64,000 bases of DNA, taken from positions 329,034,001-329,098,000 of the forward strand of contig OZ024741.1 of assembly GCA_964016885.1 (NCBI GenBank), read 5' to 3'. The position numbers were made by a program, and so were the translations under genes. Below the pieces are notes generated by a model. The model ran no database searches. It worked only from the letters and a program-made list of their open reading frames with translations, and was not told the DNA's origin. Every line of letters begins with the position of its first letter. The first letter of the stretch is position 1. This document shows positions 28,881 to 45,261 of this stretch, piece after piece. This DNA comes from Eledone cirrhosa. Taxonomy: Eukaryota.

Positions 28881-29169
28881 ATGATTAGGAGTGTAAAGAG
28901 TAAACTTCTAAACTAATAATTTGGAACAGACAAAGTCGGCACTGTTAGAAGGTGAGTGTAAAGAGGTGGAGAGGGGAGCAGACAAATATTCCTCTCAGCA
29001 CATTCTATAGTATTTAACAAGAGTCATTTTTCCATATTATTTTCATAGATATAATAGGAAAAGACGGGATGGTAATACTATAGGTATACATACGCCCGCA
29101 TCCAACACTCACGCAATGACACACCCACACACATACACACACACTCACACACATACACACACACATATG

Positions 29170-29321
<152 letters not shown>

Positions 29322-29436
29322 CTTATATACGTATATATATATATATATATATAGATATATATATATATGTGTGTGTGTGTGTGTATATATATGTGTATAT
29401 ATGTATATAAGTATATATATATATATAGTGTGTGTG

Positions 29437-29468
<32 letters not shown>

Positions 29469-29501
29469 CGTATATAAGTATATATATATATATATATGAT
29501 A

Positions 29502-29580
<79 letters not shown>

Positions 29581-29586
<6 letters not shown>

Positions 29587-30467
29587 TAAAATAACAGATT
29601 AAAGTTTAAGCAAAGAATCGCTGCTTTCACCCTTAACGGGATCTTCTGAAACTAACAAAGTCAATCTGTAAACGCAGAACTGGATATTTCAAAAAACGTT
29701 GCAACCGGAGAAAGACAGGAAGACGATACTTTGGTTCGTGGTAACGTTCGCTGGCAAAGAACGGGAAAAAACGAATAATACGTCATTAATAGGAGCGGCG
29801 AAAAACAATTACGCGCAAAGACAAAACCACGTTTATGGTATAAAAGAGGTCGTAGACTAATGTTCTCTAAGGTGGTGCATAGAGACGTTCTCTGGCAATG
29901 AACGAAAAAACGAAGATAATAAGTCATATGTGGAGCGTGGAGAACAATAGCACGCAAAGACATAACCACGTAAATGGTATAGTAGAAATCGTAGACTAAA
30001 ATTCTAACTAGGAGACCAAATGCGTATGCTTGTGTATGTACGTATCTGTTTGCGTGTATGTATTTATTTGTTTCTATTACTTCATGCACCACCTTAGAGA
30101 ACATTAGTCTACGACCTCTTTTATACCATAAACGTGGTTTTGTCTTTGCGCGTAATTGTTTTTCACCGCTCCTATTAATGACGTATTATTCGTTTTTTCC
30201 CGTTCTTTGCCAGCGAACGTTACCACGAACCAAAGTATCGTCTTCCTGTCTTCCTCCGGTTGCAACGTTTTTTGAAATATCCAGTTCTGCGTTTACAGAT
30301 TGACTTTGTTAGTTTCAGAAGATCCCGTTAAGGGTGAAACCAGCGATTCTTTGCTTAAACTTTAATCTGTTATTTTAATAAATATTTGCTCTACGGTTCT
30401 AATATATTTGATATATATTTTCCTTATTGAGCCCTCTTTGGATTTTAGTCTTCAATTTTATTATTAT

Positions 30468-30470
<3 letters not shown>
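29581..30470. mobile_element. PLE-like family A palindrome with CAGAAGA hammerheads at 29604-29652 (-) and 30312-30360 (+)
   Basis: 29581-29880 is inverted relative to 30085-30383; TA flanks. Confidence 0.85.
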
Positions 30471-30556
<86 letters not shown>

Positions 30557-30557
<1 letters not shown>

Positions 30558-30963
30558 GATATTAAACAAATGGAAACTATATTTATAAAACCATATTTAT
30601 TTCATTATACATATTTCGGGGATACCATATTAAAAATAGTTTTATAAATAATTTTGACGTACCATAAATATGAGCGACCATTAAGGTAGGAAGCTTCCTA
30701 CCTTAATGGTCGCTCATATTTATGGTACGTCAAAATTATTTATAAAACTGTATATATATTGTATTTTATCTGACGAAGGCATGCCATATTTTTAATATGG
30801 TATCCCCGAAATATGTATAATGAAATAAATATGGTTTTATAAATATAGTTTCCATTTGTTTAATATCGTATATCTACTCCAAAAACTTGTCGAGTGCTTT
30901 ATATCGGTTATAAAATATTTACTTGTTGTAACCCAACAATTTAATTTTAAATAAAACTTTTGC
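30557..30963. mobile_element. PLE-like family D palindromic insert, zero-spacer centre aagctt 30691-30696
   Basis: 30638-30693 is a perfect inverse of 30694-30749; outer arms 30557-30628 / 30787-30870. Confidence 0.8.
30762..30827 (+). ncRNA. type I hammerhead ribozyme
   Basis: tattttat CTGACGA aggcatgccatatt-ttt-aatatggtatcccc GAAA tatgta TA atgaaata. Confidence 0.85.
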
Positions 30964-31030
30964 ATATATATATATATATATATATATGAATGTATATATA
31001 TATATATATTCCGTATAACTATGTACATTA

Positions 31031-31068
31031 CGAGCTGAGGATCCGCTAAGGTGAAACAATTGTTCTCG
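31031..31068 (+). ncRNA. minimal type I hammerhead in a ~90 bp insert between TA tracts
   Basis: cgag CTGAGGA tccgctaaggt GAAA caattg TT ctcg. Confidence 0.75.
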
Positions 31069-31097
31069 GTATGGTGAACTTACTGTTGTGTAACCAC

Positions 31098-33704
<2,607 letters not shown>

Positions 33705-33803
33705 TATATATATATAGTATTAAGGATACTATTTATGGTTATATATATAATAAAACCTTTTATAGTTATATATATTTTAAACTCTAAATAGTGAAAGACA
33801 GTA

Positions 33804-33938
<135 letters not shown>

Positions 33939-33961
33939 AAACCACAGACTCTCCATCTCAA

Positions 33962-34005
33962 TTCTACTTTTGAAAAGCAGAAGAACTGCGAAACCGGTAA
34001 TGGAA
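33962..34005 (+). ncRNA. hammerhead-like motif with U3:A8 covariant core
   Basis: ttcta(ct)t TTGAAAA gcag-aagaa-ctgc GAAA ccgg TA atggaa; stem I is bulged. Confidence 0.4.
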
Positions 34006-34160
34006 CCAAATAAATATATATATATATTTTAAAATAAGACTCCAGTTGCATTTTCGATTTCATCTCTTTTTCTTTATACTTTCACTCGTGTAGGACACCT
34101 CGGTTATTTTTCATTCTGTAAAAAAAACCTCACTTTCTAATAATATATATATATATATAT

Positions 34161-34195
<35 letters not shown>

Positions 34196-34600
34196 CATAT
34201 ATATATACATATATATATATACAGTATATGGAAAAGAACTGCCACCCAATTTCCAGGTACAGAATTACACTGAATGGAGCCGCTCCGTATTGTTAAGTCA
34301 GTGCTATGTGGTTACAAAACGAACTGTTTAGCCATAAAACCAAAACCACACGTGTTATCAAGTTTGACAGAGGAAGAACAGTAGTGAAAAGCATTTAACA
34401 ATCCTGTCAGTTATGTTTCAACATGTACTTAGAAAAAGAAGGCGTGAAAATCACGACTCTCTTACTGTTTTCTTGATATATATAATGTGTGATGCGTCAG
34501 AGAGTAAATTATTATATTTCATCCCGATAGAGATGATGTATTAGCAACGGATCTGACTGTCGTTCCCGATGAGAATTATTCTGATATATGTATATCTATA

Positions 34601-34671
<71 letters not shown>

Positions 34672-34672
<1 letters not shown>

Positions 34673-35005
34673 GTAGGAGGTGAGTTTTATTGTAGCACAA
34701 TAAAGCAATACAAATATCGGATACGTAGCACTCAACAGTTTATTGGACTGGAGTATATATAAGAAGAAATTAAAAGATGGTTAAAAAAGTTCCATGTATT
34801 TTATTATGCGCATTTCAAAAACAAATATCATCCGGGGACGATATTTGCGTTCTCATCAGATAAAATAAGGAGACATGATATGAAGCTTAAAAAAGACACT
34901 TGTGTTACTGATGAGAACGCAAATATCGTCCCTGGATTATATTTGTTTTTGAAATGCGCATAATTAAATACATGGAACTTTTTTAACCATCTTTTAATTT
35001 CTTCT

Positions 35006-35010
<5 letters not shown>
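34672..35010. mobile_element. PLE-like family B palindrome with hammerheads at 34798-34866 (-) and 34908-34969 (+, begins at CTGATGA)
   Basis: Homologous to 1755-2868; inverted arms; TA flanks. Confidence 0.85.
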
Positions 35011-35038
<28 letters not shown>

Positions 35039-35048
35039 ATGTGTGTGT

Positions 35049-35090
<42 letters not shown>

Positions 35091-35605
35091 GTTTGTGTGT
35101 CTGTGTGAGTGTGTATGTGTGTATGTGTTTGTGTATACAGATATATATATGTATGTATATTTATATATACTTACATAGATATCTTTATACCTATATGAAT
35201 ATATATATATAATATGTGTGTGTGAGTGTATATATGTTTGTGTGGGTGTATGTGTGTGTGCATGTATATATATATATATACAGAGAGAGAGAGGGGTGAG
35301 AGAGAAAGAGGAGAGATTTGAAACTGAAAAGTGTGTGCCAGTGTGTCTGCATGTACCTGTGTATGAATGTGTGATGGGTGTAAGGTTATATTTAACATTT
35401 TAAAGGAATTAATTTAGTTTTTCTTCTGTTTCCTGATAATTCAGTGGCCAGTCTCAATGCCACAGGTGTTACTACATACGAAACGAACGATATCCATGAT
35501 CGGCTGACACCACCATACATAATTACATATAAATCATACTTTCTTCCATTCTTATTGCTTTATTCTTTTTCTCTTTCCTTTCTTTCTTTTTTCTTCTTCT
35601 TCTTG

Positions 35606-37021
35606 TGGAGAGGAAAGTGCTGCCTTTCACCAAGTTTTTTTGAAAGGTGAGTTAGAGTGGCGAGCATGGTGGGTGTGAATTGGCCTGCTTTGAGAATACG
35701 CCTGTAGATTGGAGTGGAAAAACTGGGAGAGGCCACTTTGCCCTAGCGGACAGGGTGACCGTGGCTTTTGTGGGATTTCTACATCAGTGATCCTTAGAGT
35801 TTCCTGGGTGACCGTGGCTTTTGGGGGATTTCTACATCAGTGATCCTTAGAGTTTCCTGGGTGACCGTGGCTTTTGGGGGATTTCTACATCAGTGATCCT
35901 TAGAGTTTCCTGGGTGACCGTGGCTTTTGTGGGATTTCTACATCAGTAATCCTTAGAGTTTCCTGGGTGACCGTGGCTTTTGGGGGATTTCTACATCAGT
36001 GATCCTTAGAGTTTCCTGGGTGACCGTGGCTTTTGTGGGATTTCTACATCAGTGATCCTTAGAGTTTCCTGGGTGACCGTGGCTTTTGGGGGATTTCTAC
36101 ATCAGTGATCCTTAGAGTTTCCTGGGTGACCGTGGCTTTTGGGGGATTTCTACATCAGTGATCCTTAGAGTTTCCTGGGTGACCGTGGCTTTTGGGGGAT
36201 TTCTACATCAGTGATCCTTAGAGTTTCCTGGGTGACCGTGGCTTTTGGGGGATTTCTACATCAGTGATCCTTACAGTTTCCTGGGTGACCGTGGCTTTTG
36301 GGGGATTTCTTCACCAGTGATCCTTAGAGGTTCCTGGGTGACCGTGGCTTTTGGGGGATTTCTTCGCGAGTGATCCTTAGAGTAACCTAGGTGACCGTCG
36401 CTTTTGGGGGATTTCTTCGCGAGTGATCCTTAGAGGTTCCTGGGTGACCGTGGGTTTTGGGGGATTTCTTCACGAGTGATCCTTAGAGGTTCCTGGGTGA
36501 CCGTGGCTTTTGGTGGATTTCTTCACGAGTGATCCTTAGAGTATCCTAGATGACCGTGGCTTTTGGGGGATTTCTTCGCGAGTGATCCTTAGAGTATCCT
36601 AGATGACCGTGGCTTTTGGGGGATTTCTTCACGAGTGATCCTTAGAGTTTCCTGGGTGACCGTGGCTTTTGGGGGATTTCTTCGCGAGTGATCCTTAGAG
36701 GTTCCTGGGTGACCGTGGGTTTTGGGGGATTTCTTCGCGAGTGATCCTTAGAGGTACCTGGGTGACCGTGGCTTTTGGGGGATTTCTTCACGAGTGATCC
36801 TTAGAGGTACCTGGGTGACCGTGGCTTTTGGGGGATTTCTTCACGAGTGATCCTTAGAGTTTCCGCACCTTTGGGGAATTTGTTATGTTTTTTTTTTCAA
36901 ATGTTTCTCTGTTAAAATTTTCTGTGTTACAAATTTTATTTGACACAAAAAATACACTGTACCACCCTGTACTGTCTTTAATGTTTCCTTAATGTGGGCC
37001 CGGCGTGGCTAATAAAGAAAT
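35606..37021 (+). mobile_element. 3' fragment of a Tx1-type LINE containing an expanded minisatellite
   Basis: VERKVLPFTKFFER*VRVASMVGVNWPALRIRL* aligns to VEREVLSSQHFVERWVREARMARVNGPTLSIYL* of the 49 kb element. Same 3' end gtgg(c/t)taataaagaaat. Confidence 0.85.
35753..36863 (+). repeat. 53 bp minisatellite, ~21 copies
   Basis: Unit gggtgaccgtggcttttgggggatttctacatcagtgatccttagagtttcct. Confidence 0.95.
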
Positions 37022-37232
37022 TGGCAGTATTAGCAGAGCATCGAACAACCTGTTTTGGGACATTGAGTTACGGTCCTTTACGTTCTGAGTTCAAATCTCG
37101 CCGAGGTTAGCTTTGCCTTTCATCCTTACGGAGTCGATAAAATAAAGTACCAGTAATGCACTGGGGTCGATTTAATCACCTTATCCCTTCCCTTCAAATT
37201 GCTGGCCTTGTGCCAAATGTAGAGACAATTAT
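37021..37232 (+). mobile_element. tRNA-derived SINE (longer subfamily)
   Basis: tggcagtattag A box, gagttcaaatctcgcc B box, conserved core, gtagagacaatt tail. Confidence 0.85.
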
Positions 37233-37418
37233 TATAACTATTATTCGTTGTGAGACTGTGAAGACGTATTTTAGGATCCCCGAGAGTTGGTTAACTTTTC
37301 AAATTTTAGCATTGAATTAATTATTGTATTTTTTGTGATAAAGGAGTCATAAGACACCTGTTTTTACGCTGTGTAAAGGCGACCCCATAATATTTGGGCC
37401 TTTTGGCCCAAATATTTA

Positions 37419-37449
<31 letters not shown>

Positions 37450-37839
37450 CATGATTCTATTGTGCCCCTCCCAATATGTCAGCTGTCAAGTCACAGCGAC
37501 TTAATAGTCGAGCGGAGTAACACCAGAATCATTACAAACACCAGCAGTATTGACAACAGTAGAACCAACAACAAAAACAATGACAATAACAACCCCAGTA
37601 ACAGTGAAAAGACTGATGAGAACAAAAATGACGACACCAACAACAGCAGCAGCAACGATACCAAAAATGACATCACCAATAACAGGAATAACGACAACAC
37701 TATCAGCACCAACGAAAAGCTGCAAAACTAGTATCAAAATGAACGACATCAGCAATAACAGGAGCACTTTCGTGGCCACAGCGATTCAACAGTAAAAAAT
37801 GAATATTTGGCCACGGCTGAAAAAATATATACATACATA

Positions 37840-38399
37840 CACCGTTGTTAGACAATGCAAGAGAAGGAGGACATCTACGGATCATTGATGAGGAGTTTGC
37901 AGATCCAGTATCAAAGATACACCTTCAGCTTCATACCCATCACTATTGGAGCTACAGGTTATATACCAACCCGCTTGAACGGAAGTATAGCTGAACTTGG
38001 ATTTGTGGACAAAGAACGCAGTTCCCTAATTCATAGACTACAAATGGCTGTGATAGCTGGCACCTTCAAAATTTGCAAAACATTCTTGCGATTCAAGGAA
38101 TGACAATTTCTTTTCTTTTACAACCTTGCCACCGGGAAGGTGGCCGGTCAAAAATGTAATTGAAATTAAGAGAAAGAGAAACATACATACATAGAGCTTA
38201 GCTCCTTAATTCATAAACTACAAATATATCTGGAACGTTCAATATTTGTAAAACATTCTTACGATTCAAAGGATGTACGCTTACACAAGAGACGTCGACA
38301 TTTTTCTTTTCTTTACAACCTTACCACCGCGAAGGTGGCCGGTCTAAAATAAACTCAAAATTCCGAGAAAGAGAGAACATACATACATACATACATACA

Positions 38400-38400
<1 letters not shown>
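37840..38400 (+). mobile_element. 3' end of a restriction-like-endonuclease non-LTR element with a duplicated 3' end and (ACAT)n tail
   Basis: EKEDIYGSL...FIPITIGATG...KICKTFLRF. 38025-38190 is repeated at 38200-38400. ACAT repeats on both sides. Confidence 0.65.
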
Positions 38401-38431
<31 letters not shown>

Positions 38432-38865
38432 CATACATGCATGCATGCGTGCATGCATGCATGCCTACTTACATATTAACTTACATACATTCATGCATAC
38501 ATACATATTTATATAAATACATACATGCTTACATACATGCATACATAGCGAGATAGACCGTAGCATAGCATAAAGTAGAATTATAGATAATTAAAACTAA
38601 AGAAATATGATTTATACTTCCTCCTTCAGGCAATAAACGGTGTCAAGTTATCAATGCGAAACGTGCATTTTAAGTTTTTGGCAACGTGCCCATTCTTCGT
38701 TTAATTATCGTTGTTGTTGTTGTTGGTGGTGGTGGTGGTGGTGGTGGTGGTGGTGGTGGTGGTGGTGATCTTCTTCTTCTTCTTCTTCTTCTTCTTCTTC
38801 TTCTTCTTCTTCTTCTTCTTCTTCTTCTTCTTCTTCTTCTTCTTCTTCTTCTTCTTCTTCTTCTT

Positions 38866-39220
38866 CGTCCACTTATTTCTTAAAGAGTCGTGGGCGGCAA
38901 ATTCCCCAAGCCCCGCTACCATCAGGTCCTGCCAGAAGCAATTACTCCAATTACTCCAATTGCTCCGGTTGGATACCCCAAGAGAAACCAGGGGAGGTCA
39001 TGAATGTTCTCCAACCATATTGTTCGGGGTCTAGCTCTGGGTCTCCGTCCGACTAGTTTTGCTCTTAAAATCTCTCCGAGGATTCTTTCCCAAGTCATTC
39101 TAACCACATATCCCTATTATCGGAGCTGTTATCTCTCAATTGAGAGAAATAGCGTCTCTCTGATCTCCGAACGACTCTCTGATCTGAGTCACGCGCTCTA
39201 TCATGTAACTTTACACCTAA
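38866..39220 (-). mobile_element. 3' fragment of an RTE-like LINE with (GAA)n tail
   Basis: GRRPRARPRTIWLENI motif; tail 38770-38866. Confidence 0.65.
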
Positions 39221-40382
39221 CCCCCTCATTTTGGTTCAGTTCTTTGGCACAAAAATGAATTTGTTGAATATTTTGAAATAGAGTTGCTCTTTTACAGCTC
39301 ACCTACTTTCACCTCGCACTACCTGTAATTCAAAAAGGGAACCTTGTCACACATAGGGTCACGATGAATTTCCATGAGAATTCCGTGAAATGGTACACAT
39401 GTCTGGAATATTCAGCCACATGTGAGAAAGTTGTTCCGTTGATTGAATCAGCTGGCATGATTAGCAATTACATCGTGGAAGAGTCATTTTCGAACAACCG
39501 AACAGTGCGCTGTGTGTTGATTTTCCGTTTGTACCGATAGAACATCCTGCTCCGGAAATAAACGTGCATGTAGCTGAGCATTCCACAGACACCTGTGACT
39601 TTGACATAATACTCGAGGAGATATTCGGTGAGACACAATCTATAGTAAGGCTAGTCCTTTGAACTATAGGTACACAACTGAATAATCTGCAGCAATGTAA
39701 AACGAAGTATCTTGCTCCATGACACCAGGACGCATCTTACCTTCCCTGATCCGGGATACGAACTCACCTCCTTACGATCCTGATCCGACCAACTTCGCTG
39801 CTAAGCCACGCAACAACGTGAAACGAAGTAGCTTGCTCAATGACACAATGATCCCATCTTACCTTCCCTGATCCGGATATGAACTCCCTTCATTATAATC
39901 CCGAGCCTATCCACTAAGCCACACGTCTTCACTAACCATATACATGTATGCACGCAGATATAAACTAACACACATTGCGAGACACACGTACGTAAAGTCA
40001 TGAAAATAAGAAAATAAATAAAATCATTAAATATGAAATTGTCAGTAACAATAGTTTAGGCTCTCCTGTCTTTAATTTCATTAAACTACCTCCTGGTTTA
40101 ATGGTGTGAATAACACTTCCTAAAGGTACACCCCATACTCCAATAAAATCCAATCTTGAACCTCCTCTATGAGATCGTTAAACCTAAAATCAATACCAAA
40201 CAATAAAAACAAATTGATCGATTTTTAGCTTTCACCTACAACACACTAACCTGCTTACAACCGGTGTATTTTGCTCCAATTTCTACATTATGGTTATGAT
40301 CTTTTTTTCTTTTTCATCAGTCATTATTTTCATCAGTTATTTTTATTATCATCATCATCATCATTATTATTATTATCAACAA

Positions 40383-40575
40383 GGGCGGTGGATTGGCAGC
40401 ATTGGAAGAGGGTCGGACGCCATGCTTTCCAGCATAGTTACGTTCCTTTACGGTCTGAGTGCAAATCCCGTCGAGGTTAACTTTGCTTTCATCCTTACGG
40501 GGTCGATATAATAAAGTACTAGTAATGCACTGAGATAATTGCTGACCTTGTGCCAAAAGTAGAAACAATTATTAT
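40383..40575 (+). mobile_element. full-length tRNA-derived SINE
   Basis: gggcggtggattggcagcattgg...gtagaaacaatt(att)n. Confidence 0.9.
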
Positions 40576-40739
40576 TATCATCAACATCATCTTCATCATC
40601 ATCATCAATATTATTATAATTATTACAATTATTATTATGGTGGTGGAGGATTTGCCGAATGATTAGAACGTCAAGGGAAAACCCCTTACGGTATTTGTTC
40701 TGAGTTAACTCTGTTTTATTCTTCCGGGATAGATAAAAT

Positions 40740-40905
40740 AATTGTTTCTACTTTGGGCACAAGGCCAGCAATTACCCCAGTGCATTACTGGTACTTTATT
40801 TTATCGACCCCGTAAGGATGAAAGGCAAAGTTAACCTCCACTAGATTTGACCTCGGACCGTAAAGGGACGCAACTCTATGTTGCAAAGCATGGCGTCCGA
40901 CCCTC
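40740..40905 (-). mobile_element. tRNA-derived SINE
   Basis: Reverse complement of the 40383 family. Confidence 0.85.
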
Positions 40906-40910
40906 ATGGT

Positions 40911-40950
<40 letters not shown>

Positions 40951-41699
40951 TGGTGCTGATGCTGCAGATGCTGATGCTGATGCTGATGATGCTGATGATG
41001 CTGGTGGTGGTGGTGGTGCTGGTGGTTGTGGTGATGGTGCTGTGGTTGTCCTTGATTATTAAAGGGAAATCTGGCTGCTATTTCTAACTCTCGAATGACG
41101 TCGTAGAGATCCACTCGTTGGTATGACTGTGAGTAGTAACTATACACAGAGCGTGGGTGCGTAACCTCGTAATTATGATATTCGGATGAGGATTGTAGGG
41201 TCATGTGTCGGATTCAAATCCGCAGCTTGTTCTCTTCAACAAAATAATTTGCTCCAGTCCACTCAGCTGTAAAAGTCCACTCATGATTCAAAGAGCAAGC
41301 CTCGTCACACGCCGTGTCAATTTGAATCGCCGTGAAAATGACACATAAGATACAGCTAACTGCGGAATGTTAAGCCACTTGTACGCTATATTCACGGTTA
41401 GACTGCTCCACTAATCAAACAACACGAATGCACAATGTCGGAACCGGCGAAGATACAACGCATTTACAGCCAGTAGATGTGGAATATTTCTTGAGAAATA
41501 TGAGCCAACTTCTAGGCGGTAAATTGGCAAAGTCATTAGAATGCGGGATAGAACACTCTGGTACCATGTTTTTTAATGCCTGTGAAGTCAATTTACCCTT
41601 TCAGCCTTTCGAGATCGATAAATAAAACACGGCGATCCCAGTAGAGTACTGAGATCAATTCTTCGTTTATACCCCGCCCCTCTCTACTCTCTCTATTTC

Positions 41700-42042
<343 letters not shown>

Positions 42043-42073
42043 CAGTAATCAAAGTTCAGTTTAAGTCATTTAT

Positions 42074-42122
42074 TTGCTTACAATTGTTTCCTCCAAACCG
42101 AGGTTTGGATTCTTCGGAGCAA
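42074..42122 (-). ncRNA. type I hammerhead, U4C core variant
   Basis: ttgct CCGAAGA a tccaaacc-tc-ggtttgga g GAAA caattg TA agcaa. Confidence 0.65.
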
Positions 42123-42764
42123 CTATTTATAACATACTTGACCTCCTTTTCAACCCAAGAGACACATAAAACATATGCGCATATTGATCAACAGTGGGGT
42201 GACATTCATCAAATGATATAGCATGGCAATTTACATATAAAGGTTACAGGATAAAAATATAATAAAATCAAGAGTGAAAATAAGAGTGAAAATAAAGATA
42301 AACATGAAGCGTTGGCAGTCTATGAAGATAAAGCAAGAGGAAAGCTTAGAGTAGTCAGTGTATGAAACAATCTCCCGTGTAGCATGCACGCGTGTCTTAT
42401 CTATACATGATTAGAGTGCGTCAGAATGATATTTGCAGGGTCAGGCAGTTGAAGCTGGCAATCGATCTTATTATGTAGGCTGAATTATTAAGTCATTTAT
42501 TCTCATACATCTGTATGATATACAGTCTCGGATGCGGGGAAACACCAAAATATCAAAAACCTTCAACATACTATAAACCTTATTATATATATATATAGGT
42601 ATGCAAGATATTGTTTTCGGTTTTCCTAGTTCAGTGTTAAAGTAGCCTATAACCAGGAATGTTTCAGCATATGGTAGTGGTTGACGGCAACCAGGCAATG
42701 AAACATGTAAATGTTAGAAATAAACCCGACTGTACTGCCTATCTGTGTGAATCCTCTTTTCACC

Positions 42765-42814
<50 letters not shown>

Positions 42815-42928
42815 ACTTATCTATATCTCAATATGTCCATTGATCCATCTGTCTCCGGCTCTCTCTATCTCTATCGCTATATATCTATCTGTCTACCTAC
42901 CTATCTACTTATCTGTATCTTAATTTAT

Positions 42929-43004
<76 letters not shown>

Positions 43005-43151
43005 CACTCACTCACTGTCTATCTGTATATCTTTCTATCTGTTTTTGTCTCTTTCTCTCTGTCACATATTGTCTAGCCATATATCTCTTACATCTCTAAC
43101 TATCGATATCTCAATTTATCCATTGATTGATTTATCTCTCTCTCACACACA

Positions 43152-43238
<87 letters not shown>

Positions 43239-43920
43239 GAAAGAATGACAGAATGGAAGAAAACAGCCGTGTTCCTAGCTGGCCAAGAAACGCCATATTT
43301 CAGAACGGTGTCCAACTCAACCAGGAGGTAATAACACATGACATTCGAACGGCACGTACAAGTGACACACAATAATGCTCCCGTATTCTCGTAGAACTTC
43401 CAATAGGTTGCGAAACTTCAAACTTCAAACTCCCTTCTACTTTCAATGATATTATGGCCGGAAACCTTAAAAACTTTCTATCAACCTGTTATCTCTTTTT
43501 AGATCAGTTTTTTCGATACTTATCATACTCGTTTTATATTGTCTTGAAGAATAGAAAGATATTAGGAAGAAGAGAAGCAAATCTATTTGTGTCTTTCTTG
43601 TTCGGTCTCCTTTAAGATAGCCATTATCTGAAACTTCAGATATTTTGGTCAATTACTTTTCAACGTTTCCATCGAACCGTGAAATCTGATTTCAAAATTA
43701 ACAACACCACAAGTACAAAGAGCAGAAGACAAACGACAAAAGACACGTAAAACAAAACAAAGATTATACGACAATGTTAGTTTATATATATATATACATA
43801 TATATATGTATATACATATATATATATATATATGTATATATATGTATATATATATATATATATATACATACACATATGTATGTATATGTATATAAATATA
43901 TATATATTATATATAGGTAA

Positions 43921-43972
<52 letters not shown>

Positions 43973-45162
43973 TAATATTTATATATATATACACACACAC
44001 ACACATATATATATATACATAGGTAATATATATTTATTAACTAACATTATATAAACTTTGTCCTTTTTCCCATACACACACAAACACTCATATATGTGTG
44101 TGTATGTGTGCATTTATGTATATGTATATATATATATAATTATTATTATTATTAACGCTGTATAACCTTTGATTATATATATATATATAGAATTCAATTT
44201 TTTAATGTACTTTGTTTTCAGTTTATTTTATTGTTTTCTTTTTTTTCCTTTGGTTTTCCAGCTTATTACGTTAAACTATTAAAAATGACAGGCCGCCAAC
44301 TCTTACCAACTTTCAGTTCACTTTGACTTCCATCAATACTTGAATAACTTGACTTAGCTTGACTTGGCTCTATTATGTCTTTTATAAAAGTTCTGGCTTT
44401 GTTTTTGTTTTTGTTTTTCTCCCATTTTCGATACATCAAACTCTTGCTAAATATATTCAGGCTAATTTGCTGCTTCAAATAATACAGTCCCTTCTTCTTT
44501 ACGCATGGCATTGTTTTATAATATAATAGAAATATTCGTGAACGTTCATGTGGACGAGAAGATTCTTTTTTCCTTAATATTCTTCGAGTTTCCTGTAGAA
44601 TTCCTCATATATGATGCTACTTATAATGGAAAGACGCGTGGCTTAGTGATCAGCGACTTCCACTCATGTTCGTATCGTCATTAGTTCATTTCTGGGCGAC
44701 GAGTTATATTCTTGAACAAGATAGTTTCTTTCACATTGCTCCCGTCCCCTCGGCTGGAACTGTAATTCAAAGAACAGATTTGATACAGCATATATCATGC
44801 AGAATGTCCCTGACAACTGCATAAAATGATAAGGGTTAGGATTATTGGTCTTTCCAATTGCAAATATTATCTACCGGTCGCAACTCTTGGAGCAACGTGT
44901 AATAAATTCAACGACATCCAATTAGAGTTACCTCCCCAGTTATGGAAATGAAGACTAATCTCTTCTGTGCAGAATCCACAAATCTCAATATTTATGTTCC
45001 CATTATAACAATAAACGGGTTGAAAATCCTATTTAGGTGAAACATGTATCCTCGCGCAAGGTTTGGTAATTGTTCTTTAATTAACACAATACCAGATTCG
45101 TCCGTTGCATTGAATGCTCTACATTGGATATAAACCTGATGTTTCACTACTATATATATATA

Positions 45163-45214
<52 letters not shown>

Positions 45215-45217
45215 CAT

Positions 45218-45261
<44 letters not shown>

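Noticed and set aside
35753-36863. CRISPR-like array, or tandem hammerheads (minus strand ctgatgtagaaa)
   Set aside because: No unique spacers and a eukaryotic context. The ctgatg...gaaa match has no stem II, and the unit derives from a LINE 3' UTR.
44266-44511. 81 aa ATG-initiated minus-strand ORF
   Set aside because: No recognisable homology or gene context.
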